Of a DNA stretch of 64,000 nucleotides, positions 23,690-35,694 are shown piece after piece. The notes under the pieces were generated by a model. The model saw only the letters and a program-made list of their open reading frames with translations, had not been told where the DNA came from and did no database searches. Source of the stretch: Octopus sinensis. Its lineage: Eukaryota. Numbering within the stretch: position 1 is the first letter of the stretch; each line of letters starts with the position of its first letter. Where the stretch lies: assembly GCF_006345805.1 (NCBI RefSeq), contig NC_043022.1, forward strand, positions 14,136,001 to 14,200,000, given 5' to 3'. The translations under genes and the position numbers were made by a program.

Positions 23690-25925
23690 ATAATAATAAT
23701 AATAATAGTAATAACTGCCCTGATGCTGTACCAGGCACTGGCTGTCATGGCTTCTGATCTTAACTGATTGGAAGTGTTATCATTTACCTTGTTTTGTCTT
23801 GGTATAAAAGATGGGGTGCAGCAAATATTCTGCTCAATACCACAGATTTGCTTGTCAGTTGTTTGACCGTAACCAGTTGAGCATGTCCCTTAGTGGCTGA
23901 CGATATGTGATTCTCTGATCACGAGCAGAAGTAGTGGGGGAGCATCATAGCCATGTGTTGAAAGGGATTCTTGGGGTTTGAATAATTCACCTCTGGAAAC
24001 AACCCTTATTCAGGGACCTTTTGAGTGAGATGGGTTACTTGACCTGAAGAAAATTCTAACTGAGCCCCATTTGCAAGGTCATGTGCTGTTAATCTTGATA
24101 TGAGATCACCATGTCTCACATATGGTTGTGATGCATGTGCCTGGTGTACCCTTATCAGACGGGTAGTCAGGATGGGTATACTGGTCTTTGTATATTTGTA
24201 CCCCAGTGTCACTTTGATGGTATGCACTGCTCTCTCTCACTCAATAATAATAATAATAATAATGCTTTCTTCTAAAGGCACATGGCCTGGAGTTTTGGTA
24301 GGAGGGGACGAGTTGATTACTTCAACACCAGTGTTTCACTGGTATTTAATTTATTGATCCCAAAAGGATAAAAGGCAAATTTGAACTCAGAACGTAGCGA
24401 TGGGCGAAATACTGTTAAGTATTTAGTCCAGTGTGCTAACAATTCTGCCAGCTCACCACCTTAATAATAATAATAATTTTTTTTTATATGTGCCCTTTTC
24501 AAGCCTAGCAAGGCTCATGGGCCCGGTTTCCGTGGTGTATGTGTTCCCCCAAGCTGGACGGGACGCCAGTCCATCGCAGCATCACCCAAGAACAGGAAGA
24601 AAGAGTGAGAGAAAGTTGGGGTGAAAGAGTACAACAGGGGTCGCCACTACCCCCTGCCAGAGCCCCATGGAGCTTTTAGGTGTTTTCGCTCAATAAACGC
24701 ACACAACGCTCGGTCTGGGTGTCAAAACCGTGATCCTCCGACTGCGAGTCCGCTGCCCTACCACTGGGCCATTGCACCTCCACAATAAAAATAATAATAA
24801 TAATATAATAATAATAATAATAATAGTAATAACTGCCCTGATGCTGTACCAGGCACTGGCTGTCATGGCTTCTGATCTTAACTGATTGGAAGTGTTATCA
24901 TTTACCTTGTTTTGTCTTGGTATAAAAGATGGGGTGCAGCAAATATTCTGCTCAATACCACAGATTTGCTTGTCAGTTGTTTGACCGTAACCAGTTGAGC
25001 ATGTCCCTTAGTGGCTGACGATATGTGATTCTCTGATCACGAGCAGAAGTAGTGGGGGAGCATCATAGCCATGTGTTGAAAGGGATTCTTTGGGGTTTGA
25101 ATAATTCACCTCTGGAAACAACCCTTATTCAGGGACCTTTTGAGTGAGATGGGTTACTTGACCTGAAGAAAATTCTAACTGAGCCCCATTTGCAAGGTCA
25201 TGTGCTGTTAATCTTGATATGAGATCACCATGTCTCACATATGGTTGTGATGCATGTGCCTGGTGTACCCTTATCAGACGGGTAGTCAGGATGGGTATAC
25301 TGGTCTTTGTATATTTGTACCCCAGTGTCACTTTGATGGTATGCACTGCTCTCTCTCACTCAATAATAATAATAATGCTTTCTTCTAAAGGCACATGGCC
25401 TGGAGTTTTGGTAGGAGGGGACGAGTTGATTACTTCAACACCAGTGTTTCACTGGTATTTAATTTATTGATCCCAAAAGGATAAAAGGCAAATTTGAACT
25501 CAGAACGTAGCGATGGGCGAAATACTGTTAAGTATTTAGTCCAGTGTGCTAACAATTCTGCCAGCTCACCACCTTAATAATAATAATAATTTTTTTTTAT
25601 ATGTGCCCTTTTCAAGCCTAGCAAGGCTCATGGGCCCGGTTTCCGTGGTGTATGTGTTCCCCCAAGCTGGACGGGACGCCAGTCCATCGCAGCATCACCC
25701 AAGAAACAGGAAGAAAGAGTGAGAGAAAGTTGGGGTGAAAGAGTACAACAGGGGTCGCCACTACCCCCCTGCCAGAGCCCCATGGAGCTTTTAGGTGTTT
25801 TCGCTCAATAAACGCACACAACGCTCGGTCTGGGTGTCAAAACCGTGATCCTCCGACTGCGAGTCCGCTGCCCTAACCACTGGGCCATTGCACCTCCACA
25901 ATAAAAATAATAATAATAATAATAA
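23690..25925. repeat. 1.12-kb direct tandem duplication bounded by (AAT)n
   Basis: Offset 1117-1119 throughout; identical ORF-track entries at 24006 and 25125. Confidence 0.95.
23714..24245 (+). mobile_element. ~530-bp (AAT)n-tailed LINE 3' UTR-like element
   Basis: Fixed end ...GCTCTCTCTCACTC(AAT)n and variable opposite end. Copies at 24833-25362(+) and 1075-1580(-). No ORF. Confidence 0.6.
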
Positions 25926-27314
25926 TAACAATAATGTTTTCTTTATTAATCACAAGGGGTTCACAAAAAATATTTGGGGATGATACATCATCATCATCAT
26001 CGTTTAACGTCCGTTTTCCGCACTAGCACGGGTTGGACGGTTCGACCGGGGTCTGGGAAGCCAGGGGCTGCTCCAGGCTCCAGTCTGATCTGGCAGTGTT
26101 TCTACAGCTGGATGTCCTTCCTAACGCCAACCACTCTGCGAGTGTAGTGGGTGCTTTTTACGTGCCACCAGCACAGGTGCCAGGGGAGTCTGGTATCGGC
26201 CACGATCGGTTGGTGCTTTTAACGTGCCACTGGCACGGAAGCCAGTCAGGGCGGCACTGGCATCGGCCACGTTCGGATGGTGCTTTTTATGTGCCACAAG
26301 CACAGAAGCCAGTCGAGGCAGCGCTGGCATCGGCCACATTCGGATGGTGCTTTTTATGTGCCACCGGCACGAAAGCCAGTCAAGTAAAAGAATGTGGGGT
26401 TACGTAAGAGGAGCATAGAGAGTAAAATAAAACAAAAATATAAAATTATAATAAATAATTCCTGAAAATAGGGAGACTTTCTAAGTTTGCTAATGGGGAA
26501 AGTGATATTTTGTATTACGTTTTATGCTTCAATAAATCATCATCATCATCATCATCATCATCTGTTATAACCACCAGCAACCAGTACCTATTTCTTTACT
26601 ACCCACAAGGGGCTAAACAAGGACAGACATAGGTATTAAGTCGATTACATCGACCCCAGTGCGTAACTGGTACTTAATTTATCAACCCCCGAAAAGATGA
26701 AAGGCAAAGTTGACCTCAGCAGAATTTGAACTCAGGACGTAGCGGCAGACGAAATACCTATTTCTTTATTACCCACAAGGGGCTAAACACAGAAGGGGAC
26801 AAACAAGGACAGACATAGGTATTAAGTCAATTACATCGACCCCCAGTGCGTAACTGGTACTTAATTTATCGACCCCCCGAAAGGATGAAAGGCAAAGTCG
26901 ACCTCGGCGGAATTTGAACTCAGAACGTAGCGACAGACGAAATACTTCTACGCATTTCGTCCGGCGTGCTAACATTTCTGTCAGCTGCCAGTACCAACGA
27001 GCACCAACCACCATTGCTCCAGCTGGCACCACAATTCACAATGCCACAAAACAAGAGAAACAAAACAGAAAATCTATTGAACCAAAGCAAATCAATGATT
27101 TAATGTGGTGATGGGGGAGGAAGGGGGGCAGAAGAGAGAGAGAGAGAGTGTGTGTCAGTAGGACAAGAGTATTGTGGTAGTGATTGTGGAGACGGTGGTG
27201 GTGGCGGCGGCGGTTGTGATGGTGGTGGTAGTGGAGGTGGGTGGGGGTATAGACATGACTGAATGCTTTAGCATGAAGTACATTCGTCCCCGTTGCCTTT
27301 AACTCGTGATGGAT

Positions 27315-27350
27315 TCACCAGAGGGCGCTGTTGGGGCATGACGTGACGTG
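27315..27350 (+). promoter_or_regulatory. Candidate CTCF site plus tandem CRE-like half sites
   Basis: TCACCAGAGGGCGCTG matches the CTCF core CCACCAGRKGGCGC except at the first base; TGACGTGACGTG at 27339-27350; lies in a unique GC-rich island. Confidence 0.45.
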
Positions 27351-27459
27351 GACATGCCGTAGTGTGGCCAGGAGTGGTTCGTAGAGGTGGAGGAGCTCAT
27401 CCCTGTCTGGGTTGGGCTGGGCTGCAGGTGATTTGGGTCTTTATTTTCAAACACTTTGC

Positions 27460-27670
27460 TAGAGAGGGGGGGGAAAGGGAGAGAGGGAAAAAGGGAGAGA
27501 GGGAAAAAGGGAGAGAGAGAGGGAGAAAGAGAGAGAGAGATGGGAAAGAGGAGAAAAGGTAAGAAGGAGAGAGAGGAGAAAGAGAAAGGAGAGAGGGGAA
27601 AAAGGGAGAGAGAGGGGAAAGAGACACTGAGAAAAAAGAGAAAGGAGAGAGGTAGAGAGAGAGAGAAAGA
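27460..27670 (+). repeat. Polypurine GA-rich tract (potential H-DNA)
   Basis: ~200 nt almost exclusively A/G on the plus strand. Confidence 0.85.
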
Positions 27671-28039
27671 GCGAAGTCTTAGCCCAGTATTTGACTGGTC
27701 CTTTATTTAATCAATCCCCCTGTCCCTTCCCTAAAAAAAAAAAAAAAATCAACGGCAGCATTGCCCTTGGTGGGTTTTGAACTCATAGCATCAAGTACTG
27801 GAACAAATGCTGCCACCAGGCAATCAATATGAGACTTCAGCAGCACTGCAACCCTTCCACTACCATTTTATCCATGTACGCATTAGTGAATACACACACA
27901 CACGCATGTATATTTTAGTCTGTCTACATCCATCTCTCCCTTTCTCCCTATAAATACATTTTTATAGGTGTAAGCATGCCTGTGTGGTAAGAAGCTTGCT
28001 TCCTAACCACATGGTTCTCAGTTCAGTCCCACTGCGTGG

Positions 28040-28290
28040 TCATCATCATCATCATTGTTCGACCGTGGTCGAGACAATGGAATTTACCATGCTACGCCAG
28101 ACTTCACGGTCCATCATGGCATTACGGAGGTCCTGTTGCTGGATGCCTGTATCCCTGGAGATTACATCAGGGTAGGAGAGTGTGCGCCCTCTGGCATTGC
28201 GAGTAGATGGCTTCCAGAGGAGGAGAGCAGAAATTACCTCTTTTTCAGCTCTACAACAATGTCCAGCAAACTGGACTCTCCTACCTTTCA
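28040..28290 (-). mobile_element. RTE-clade LINE 3' end inserted into a family-A SINE
   Basis: RVQFAGHC...LLLWKPSTRNARGRTLSYPD...DREVWRSMV; interrupts the SINE between CTGCGTGG and (C)ACCTTGGGC. Confidence 0.8.
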
Positions 28291-28596
28291 CAAGAGGTAC
28301 CTTGGGCAAGTGTCTCCTGATATAGCCTTGGGTTGACTTAAAACCTTGTGAGTGGATTTGGTAGACGGAAACTGAAAGAAGTTCATCGTGTAACATGCTG
28401 GAGCACTGCCTTTAGTCGAGCAAATCGACCCCAGAACTTATTCTTTGTAAGCCTAGTGCTTATTCTATCGGTCTCTTTTGCCAAACCGCTAGGTTATGGG
28501 GACGTAAACACACCACCATCGGTTGTCAAGCGATGTTAGGGGGGCAAACACAGACACACAAACTTATACACACACACACATATATATATATATATA

Positions 28597-28795
28597 CTTT
28601 ATTTAAAAGCAGCAGAAAATTCAACAAAACCTGTTACTCCGAGTAGCAAAAACTGTCCGACAAACGGGAACGTGAAACTCAGAGTAACAGGTTTTGTTGA
28701 ATTTTCTGCTGCTTTAAATAAAGCATATTACTCTACCTCTGGTATTTGAGTACTCTTTTTTCCACCTTGCTTCACATTTATGTGTTTACTCCGGT
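28597..28795 (+). mobile_element. Penelope-like mini element (family HH-B) with ~47-bp inverted arms around an HHR-like variant (28653-28690)
   Basis: Arms 28597-28644 and 28677-28723. Motif CTGT-CCGACAA-ACG-GGAA-CGT-GAAA-CTCAGAGTA-ACAG. Second copy in opposite orientation at 47081-47283. Confidence 0.6.
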
Positions 28796-29677
28796 ATATA
28801 TATATATATGATGATATATATATATATACACACACATATATACAACGGGCTTCTTTCAGTTTCTGTCTCATGTGGTTGGTAAGCAAACTACTTACCACAC
28901 AGCCATTCCTGTGCCTATAAATATATATATATATATAAGTATATGAAAGAATGGAGTTGAACGACTAGTTAAGAAATATCCTTTATTCTCGACATATGTT
29001 TCGAAGGCTGCTACCCAGGTATCGGTTATCTTTCGAATTATCCTTAATAAGATAATTCATTCAATTACTCAAATATATATATGTATATATCATTATAATC
29101 AAGGACAAAATCCATATAGGATTTTATCAAGTAGTCAGCATGTAAGAAAACGATTTAGGTAAAAGATTAATAGAAAGTATTTAATTTTATAAATGTAATT
29201 ATAATAAGGGCAATTACTGAGTAGTGCCACATGCTAGAAGAAGATGCCAAATGCCTCCAAAACTACTTTATCACATATCGATTTTTGGTTTAGGGATGTA
29301 ATACCCTTTACCGTAGTTGCTCTTATTATAATTATATATATATATATATATTTATATATATAATACATGTGTGTGTGTGTGGAGATGCAATGGCCCAGTG
29401 GTTAGGGCAGCAGACTCGTGGTTTTGAATCCCAGACTGGGCGTTGTGAGTGTTTATTGAGCGAAAACACCTAAAGCTCCACGAGGCTCCGGCAGGGGATG
29501 GTGGTGATCCCTGCTGTACTCTTTCGCCGCAACTTTCTCTCACTCTTTCTTCTGTTGGCCTGCTCACTTAGCCAGCAGGGTGGCGTCATTTGAAGGCTAA
29601 AGCAATGCGAAGCACATTGTGACCAGTGTTGTGTAGCAACATCTGATTGCCTGGTCAGTCACGTGATATATATATAT

Positions 29678-29866
29678 GGCTAATCCAAACATGAAAACAC
29701 AATAACGCGTGGAACAAATATAGTATTATTGGACGCTCAGGAAGGAAGGGATGAAGGGGGGGTTTAACATTTCGAGCAGAGCTCTTCGTCTGAAACACAG
29801 GAGAAGGAAAGGTCCAGAGAAGGGAAGACAGAGGAAAAAAAATCGCCACCGGTACACACGCGGTCA
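29678..29866 (-). mobile_element. Family HH-A mini element, HHR-like motif at 29762-29796
   Basis: Minus strand reads GTTT-CAGACGA-A-GAGC-TCT-GCTC-GAAATGTT-AAAC; (TA)n on both sides. Confidence 0.65.
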
Positions 29867-29872
29867 TATATA

Positions 29873-29920
<48 letters not shown>

Positions 29921-30554
29921 CATCTAAGACTCCATAAATCAGAAAAAATGCACTCCTATATCTGTCAGTAGAGGGGGAATATTAAATGAAGTGTACAGTA
30001 TTATATATCCAATTCGGCAGATCTTACCAATTGGTTGAAACCTAGGGCCTAGGGCTCAACAAAACCACAAACCAGATGCGTCTGTTCACCTCCAACAATA
30101 GAGAGGAACTGCCATCTCTGAAGAGCACAGGGTTAGATAACTGCATGGCATATTACCAGTCAATGTATGCCACTATCCCAGAAGGAATATAAGAGACGCC
30201 ATAACAATATAGCGAAATTTGTCCATTGGACACTTTGCAACAAGTATGGGTCTTGACAGAGCAAAAAACTGGTACGATCACAAACCCCCAAAAGGGCAAA
30301 AGGCAAAGTTGACCCCAGCGGAATTTGAACTCAGAAGAATGTTGTGGCAGACGAAATACTGCTAAGCATTTCGCTCAGTGTGCAAATGATTTTGTCAGCT
30401 CACCGCCTTAAATAATAATGATGATGATGATGGTGATCATGATGATGAGGAGGAGGAGAAGACGAAGAAGACGAAGAAGAAGAATGAATCAAATACAGAA
30501 TAGACAACATAAAAAAGTGGTAAGTGCGGAATTTGTGGACAAAATGGTGAAACC

Positions 30555-31148
30555 GTATGGCATATTACCAGTCAATGTATGCCACTAGACCAGAAAGAAT
30601 ATAAGAGACGTTATGACAATACAGCAAGGATTGTCCATTGGACACTTTGCAACAAGTATGGACTTGGCAGAGCAAAAAGTGGTATGAACATCATCGAAAA
30701 TGTTAATGCAAAGATCCTATGGGATTTTATGATTCAGTGCGACCATGAGATAGAGAATAGGAAACCGGACATAGTGTTAATTGAGAAAGAAAACAAACTA
30801 TGCTTTCTTACCATAGAGATATCATGCCCAGCTGACAAAGAGGTATACGATAAGGATGAAAGAAAAGTCGATAGATATGACAGGTTAGCTTGGGAGGTTA
30901 AGCAGTTGTGGTTGATAAAAAAGGTGGTAGTAGTACCAATAATTTTTGGAGCCCTGGGAACAGTGAGTAAAAGTCTTGAGAAGTACATGGAACAAATAAG
31001 GGCTTCAATAAGGGTAGAGCACTGGCAGAAAACAGCACTGCTTGGAACTGCAGATGGTGCTCAAAAAATAAGGGATGTTACCTTAGTTCACTGGTAGTGA
31101 ACAACTGACACCATAGTACATCTCCAGTGTTAGAAACTGTGCAAAAAC

Positions 31149-31150
<2 letters not shown>
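30555..31150 (+). pseudogene. R4/Dong-clade non-LTR retrotransposon 3' fragment (restriction-like endonuclease domain)
   Basis: RRYDNTARIVHWTLC...KILWDFMIQCDHEIENRKPDIVLIEK...VVVVPIIFGALGTV; ends in (AAT)n. Partial duplicate at 30130-30290; shorter copies at 31187-31510, 31520-31800 and 31850-32200(-). Confidence 0.85.
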
Positions 31151-31188
<38 letters not shown>

Positions 31189-32259
31189 GCATGCCCAGCT
31201 AACAACAAGGTATGCGATAAGGAGGAAAGAAAAGTCGATAGATATGACAGGTTAGCTTGGGAGGTTAAGCAGTTGTGGTACCAATAATTGTTGGAGCAGT
31301 GGGAAAAGTGAGTAAAAATCTTGAGAAGTACATGGAACAAATAGGGGATGCAATAAGGGTGGAACACTTTCAGAAAACAGCACTGCTTGGAACCACTTGA
31401 ATACTCCGGAAGGTGCTCGAAAAATAAGGGGTGTTGCCTTAGTTCACTGGTAGTGAACAGTTGATACCATTGTACATCTCCAGCGTTAGAAGCTGTGCAA
31501 AGGCAATAATAATAATAATAAATGGCAGAAATTCAAAAGATAGTGCTCATGGGAACTGCTCATATCCTACGCAATATACTTTCTATGTAATCTGAAGTTT
31601 TAAAACAAACATAATTTTCAGATGTTTTTTTTTTTTGGACATTCACTAGTACAACACTAAAAAAACCCCAAATATGTGGCACACTAGGCATAACAACAAC
31701 ATGAACTTCCAACCTGTTGTCTCTTGAGGTCTCCGGGTGAGACTTGGAGCCAACTTGTACAAATAATAAAGCAAAAGTCAAACATATAATAGTAATAGTA
31801 ATAATTTTACGATGTCGGCTGAAGAATTTTAAGAAATTATTATTATTATTATTATGTGGACAGCTGACTAAGGAGACACGTGTTTACTAGTCATGCTTCA
31901 AGAACCCTCTGAAGAATTCTTGCAGTTCCAAGCAATGCTGAGTTTTGTAGGTGTTCTACCTTCACACTTGCACCAGTCTTTTTTCAGCCATGCTGGTATT
32001 GAGTGCTGATACTTCCAAGAGCACCAATTACTATTGGTATCACATTCATAATAAGAACAACAATTAAAATCAGTTCTTCAGCTGATAGCATAAAATTGGT
32101 CGTGGTTGAATATATTCTGAAGTCCACCATTTTGTCAATCGCAGCAGCTTCCAAGCTTCACCACAAATTCCGTTCTAGGTTAATGGTTACATCTTGACCC
32201 AGAAAAGAAAATCAAAAAAATATACTGGAATGGGTGTAAAACAATGTGGAGAGAACGAA

Positions 32260-32497
32260 TATGATTAAAAAATGTGCGCAAGGCAACGGCAGGGTGGAGG
32301 GAGGACTTCGGAAAATTCACAAGATCCGAGGTTTTCCCTCGTAACTTTTAGGAAAATGGGGTTTTTTTCAATGAAATTTTATACAAATACCTTCTCCGAT
32401 TTATACATGCCCCGGTGACCGATCTATGGAATTTTGGGAATGATTTACCGTATGGTGAATGTAACCGAGTATATGGAGATTACAATAGCTTGCCAAA
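32260..32497 (-). pseudogene. Second Merlin transposase fragment (C-terminal DDE region)
   Basis: LGYIHHTVNHSQNSID-(P)VTGACINR; overlaps in sequence with 33790-33890. Confidence 0.7.
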
Positions 32498-32556
32498 TTA
32501 TATATATATACATCCATATACATATATACACAAACACACACACACATATATACAAA

Positions 32557-32946
32557 CTAGCAGTATCGCCCGGCGTTGCTCGGGTTTGTTTCGATCCTTT
32601 ACAATTGGAATTTTTGAAAAGTAAAACTTTTGCATTATGTAGCTTGTTATTCTCTTTAAGTGAACATTTTTATGGTTGAAATACACCGAAAAATGGCGAC
32701 TCAGCAGTAAAAAAAATCGTAAAAAATAAGGATTTTCATAGAAAAAAAAAAGCACCTTTTTGATGTAAATAATTTTTGGTGTTAACATGGTCCGATTTGA
32801 ATTTTTTCTTCTACGGAAGGAAGAGCAAGCCTTCTTCTATCATACTCTCAATTTTGGTCAACTTGTGCCGCAGGGTCTCGGAGGAGATAGTGTTAGTTGA
32901 AGGCTACCAAACCTGCCATACACAGACAACTTCAGCTTTATATAGA
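32557..32946 (-). mobile_element. Non-autonomous Helitron
   Basis: Minus strand: 5' TCTATATAAAG, 3' CCCGAGCAACGCCGGG-CGATACTG-CTAG. Other Helitron 3' ends at ~9342-9370(-) and 63890-64000(-, runs off the window). Confidence 0.8.
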
Positions 32947-33396
32947 TATATATATATATATATATGTATACATATATATGTATACAGACATTTCCGCAGA
33001 AATCTTTTTTTTTTTAAATACACCTTTGAAGGTGAGGTGCGAGACTGCATCAGCCCCCTTTCTTTACACATATTTTAAGATGACATTTTACGCCAGAAAA
33101 AATTCGTGGTAACGAAGTCTGGACAAGAAAAAAAAAAAAGACCATGATAGTGTTTTGTCTGAAACAAAGTCAAAAGGTATTAAAACAATATCTTTTACAT
33201 ACCTGCTGAAATTACTGGATATATAAGTAGCAAAAAAGTTTTGACATGTCATCTAATGTTTCCACTTTCCTTTATCAATTTTTCGCGCCAACATTTTAAG
33301 CGGGGAACGAATTACTCTTCGATTTCGTGTGGAGAGGGGGAGGGAGAGAGAGAGAAGGGGAGGGAGGGAGTGTGTAATGATGTGTTTTGTCATTTA

Positions 33397-33439
<43 letters not shown>

Positions 33440-33588
33440 TAGAAGAAATGAGGTACTCAGAAGATCGGATGGTTTATATTTACAAATATTTATTTATATA
33501 TTACATTTTTTATATATATATCATATCACTTAGATCATTAGCGCTTTCTCCCATTCTAGTGGGGTTTTCAAATCAAACTGTATATATA

Positions 33589-33652
<64 letters not shown>

Positions 33653-33789
33653 CCTGTACAACATAAATTTTGAAATGCAGATTTTTTTGCAGATTCGGAA
33701 TCTCCGCCGTCGATATAGTGTATTCACGTAAAAATAAAACAAAAAAAATATATATCCTAAAGGGGGTGCGGTCCATGATCTTTACCTCC

Positions 33790-34500
33790 TCCGATTTATA
33801 CATCCCCCGATCTATGAAATTTTGGGAATGATTGACCGTATGGTGAATGTAACCGAGTATATGGAGATTACAACAGCTTGCCAAATTGTCAGCCATAACA
33901 GAAGTTCCTGGAAGAACGTTTTGTTTGGTAACATTCTCCAACGTCTCTGTTCTTCTATGGGGTACACGTTGAAGAAACCCTTTTCTGGTTGAGGTGTCAT
34001 GACATCCGACAACCCAAGTTTTGCGACACATTCTTCCAACATTATTCTAGCTATTGAAGAACAGGCTTTCATCGATCTCCACTATATGATCCGGACCACC
34101 AATAAGAGTTTTGTCCTGCAGCAGTTTTGCCGGACAAACATCTCTACAGAACTGGTACCACTGAACGGCAGTTTTTTTGTATCAATACAGTTCATTCTTG
34201 CAGATATCGTCACAGACAATTCGAAAATAAAATCAAACACTAAATGAAAAATTACATATAATGGCAGCGTAGAGTTTTCTGTAAATGTACTTTTCCTGGT
34301 GGAAGGAGGTTTTTTTCTTTACATTTAGCGCACTTTCTGTTGACAAACCCGTCAATAGAACGACTAGATTTTTGAAAATTCATTGAATGTTTGCAAGCAC
34401 ACGTTTTTTTTTTGTTGGCAATATGTTTTGTCTTCAGATAATCTATAATGTTCTCTGGTGCAAGGTACAGTAAAAGTTCCAATCTGGATGTACACAATGT
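33790..34500 (-). pseudogene. Merlin (IS1595/ISXO2-like) DNA transposase, disrupted
   Basis: N-terminal Cys motifs (TCACKHSM...KCAKCK), IGGPDHIVEIDES at 34065-34103, KNVLPGTSVMADN...LGYIHHTVNHSQNFID; contains stops and frameshifts. Confidence 0.85.
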
Positions 34501-34907
34501 AAAATAAATTCAGAAAAATAGCAACAGTGCCTTCTTTTTAAAGGGTACAAATATTGTCAAGAAGAAGATGATGATTGTTGCTGATGGGATGGTTGTGGTA
34601 GCTTCTTGATTTCAATTAGAGTTTACGGAAATAATGTACGAACTTGTGCGATGTTAATGCTTCGAATTTATATTTAATTGTGATAATGAAACAATGGGTT
34701 CAGTTCTTACCGCCAAAATATATACATACACATACCAACACAATTTCAGAAGCATAGCAACAGTTGCTTCGCGTTGTGAAGAAGATGATGATGATGATGA
34801 TTGTTGCTGATAGAATGGTTCACACACACACACACACACAAACATCTACACATAGTGGGACGTAGATAAACATAGACGAAGTCCCGTTTTGGAAGTATGT
34901 TAAAGTT

Positions 34908-35318
34908 GGCGATCTTTCGTCTCTAGTAGACCTTTCCGTCGATTTCCGTAAAAAATTTTTTTTTTACATATGGGTTGCGGGAACTTTTGAAGTAATATAC
35001 ATATACACATACACCGAGTAAAAAATTTCAGTTATATCTTTCTTTCACACATTACTCTGTCTCTTCACACACACTAACAGAAGCACTTCACTTACACAAC
35101 ATACTGTCTGTCTCCCACACCCCATAAAACACACACACACACATGTACATCAATGCTTGCCATGTACGGTAACTTCAAAAGAACTTCCCTCGTCATACAA
35201 TCGCTTTCTCTTAGTCTCTTTCGCTCTCATTACTTCAAAAGTTCCCGCAAGCCCATATGTAAAAAAAAATTTTTTTACGGAAATCGACGGAAAGGTCTAC
35301 TAGAGACGAAAGATTGCC
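34908..35318. mobile_element. 411-bp MITE, probably Merlin superfamily
   Basis: ~90-bp TIRs (34908-34996 / 35229-35318) starting with GG; perfect 8-bp TSD TTAAAGTT at 34900-34907 and 35319-35326. Confidence 0.85.
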
Positions 35319-35661
35319 TTAAAGTTTATAGTAGACGTATGACGGAGAATAATCCAACATCGTGTTTGCTTCTATGAGAATCGCTAACCTTTAAAGCGAT
35401 AAAACAAGACCGACGTATATAAAATGCTGTTTCACTTCTATTTCAGCCGTTCATATTCTGTCAGCTGTAGAGACTGTTGCGCTCGCCAATGTTTTCTGGC
35501 GCAAAATGTCATCTTAAAATGTGTAAAGAAAGGGGCATTTAAAAAAAAAAAGATTTCTAAATTGTTTTGCTGAACTTATATATATATATGTGTATGTATA
35601 TATGTATGCATATATGTGTGTATATATGTATGTATATATGTATGTATATATATATGTATGT

Positions 35662-35692
<31 letters not shown>

Positions 35693-35694
35693 AA

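Noticed and set aside
28985-29075. GCAGCCTTC-GAAACATATGTC-GAGAAT (minus) as a hammerhead
   Set aside because: Only the 3' half is recognisable and no CTGANGA lies upstream; at most a Penelope remnant.
30579-31097. 172-aa ORF as a host gene
   Set aside because: It is the RLE domain of an R4/Dong retrotransposon, 5'-truncated and multi-copy.
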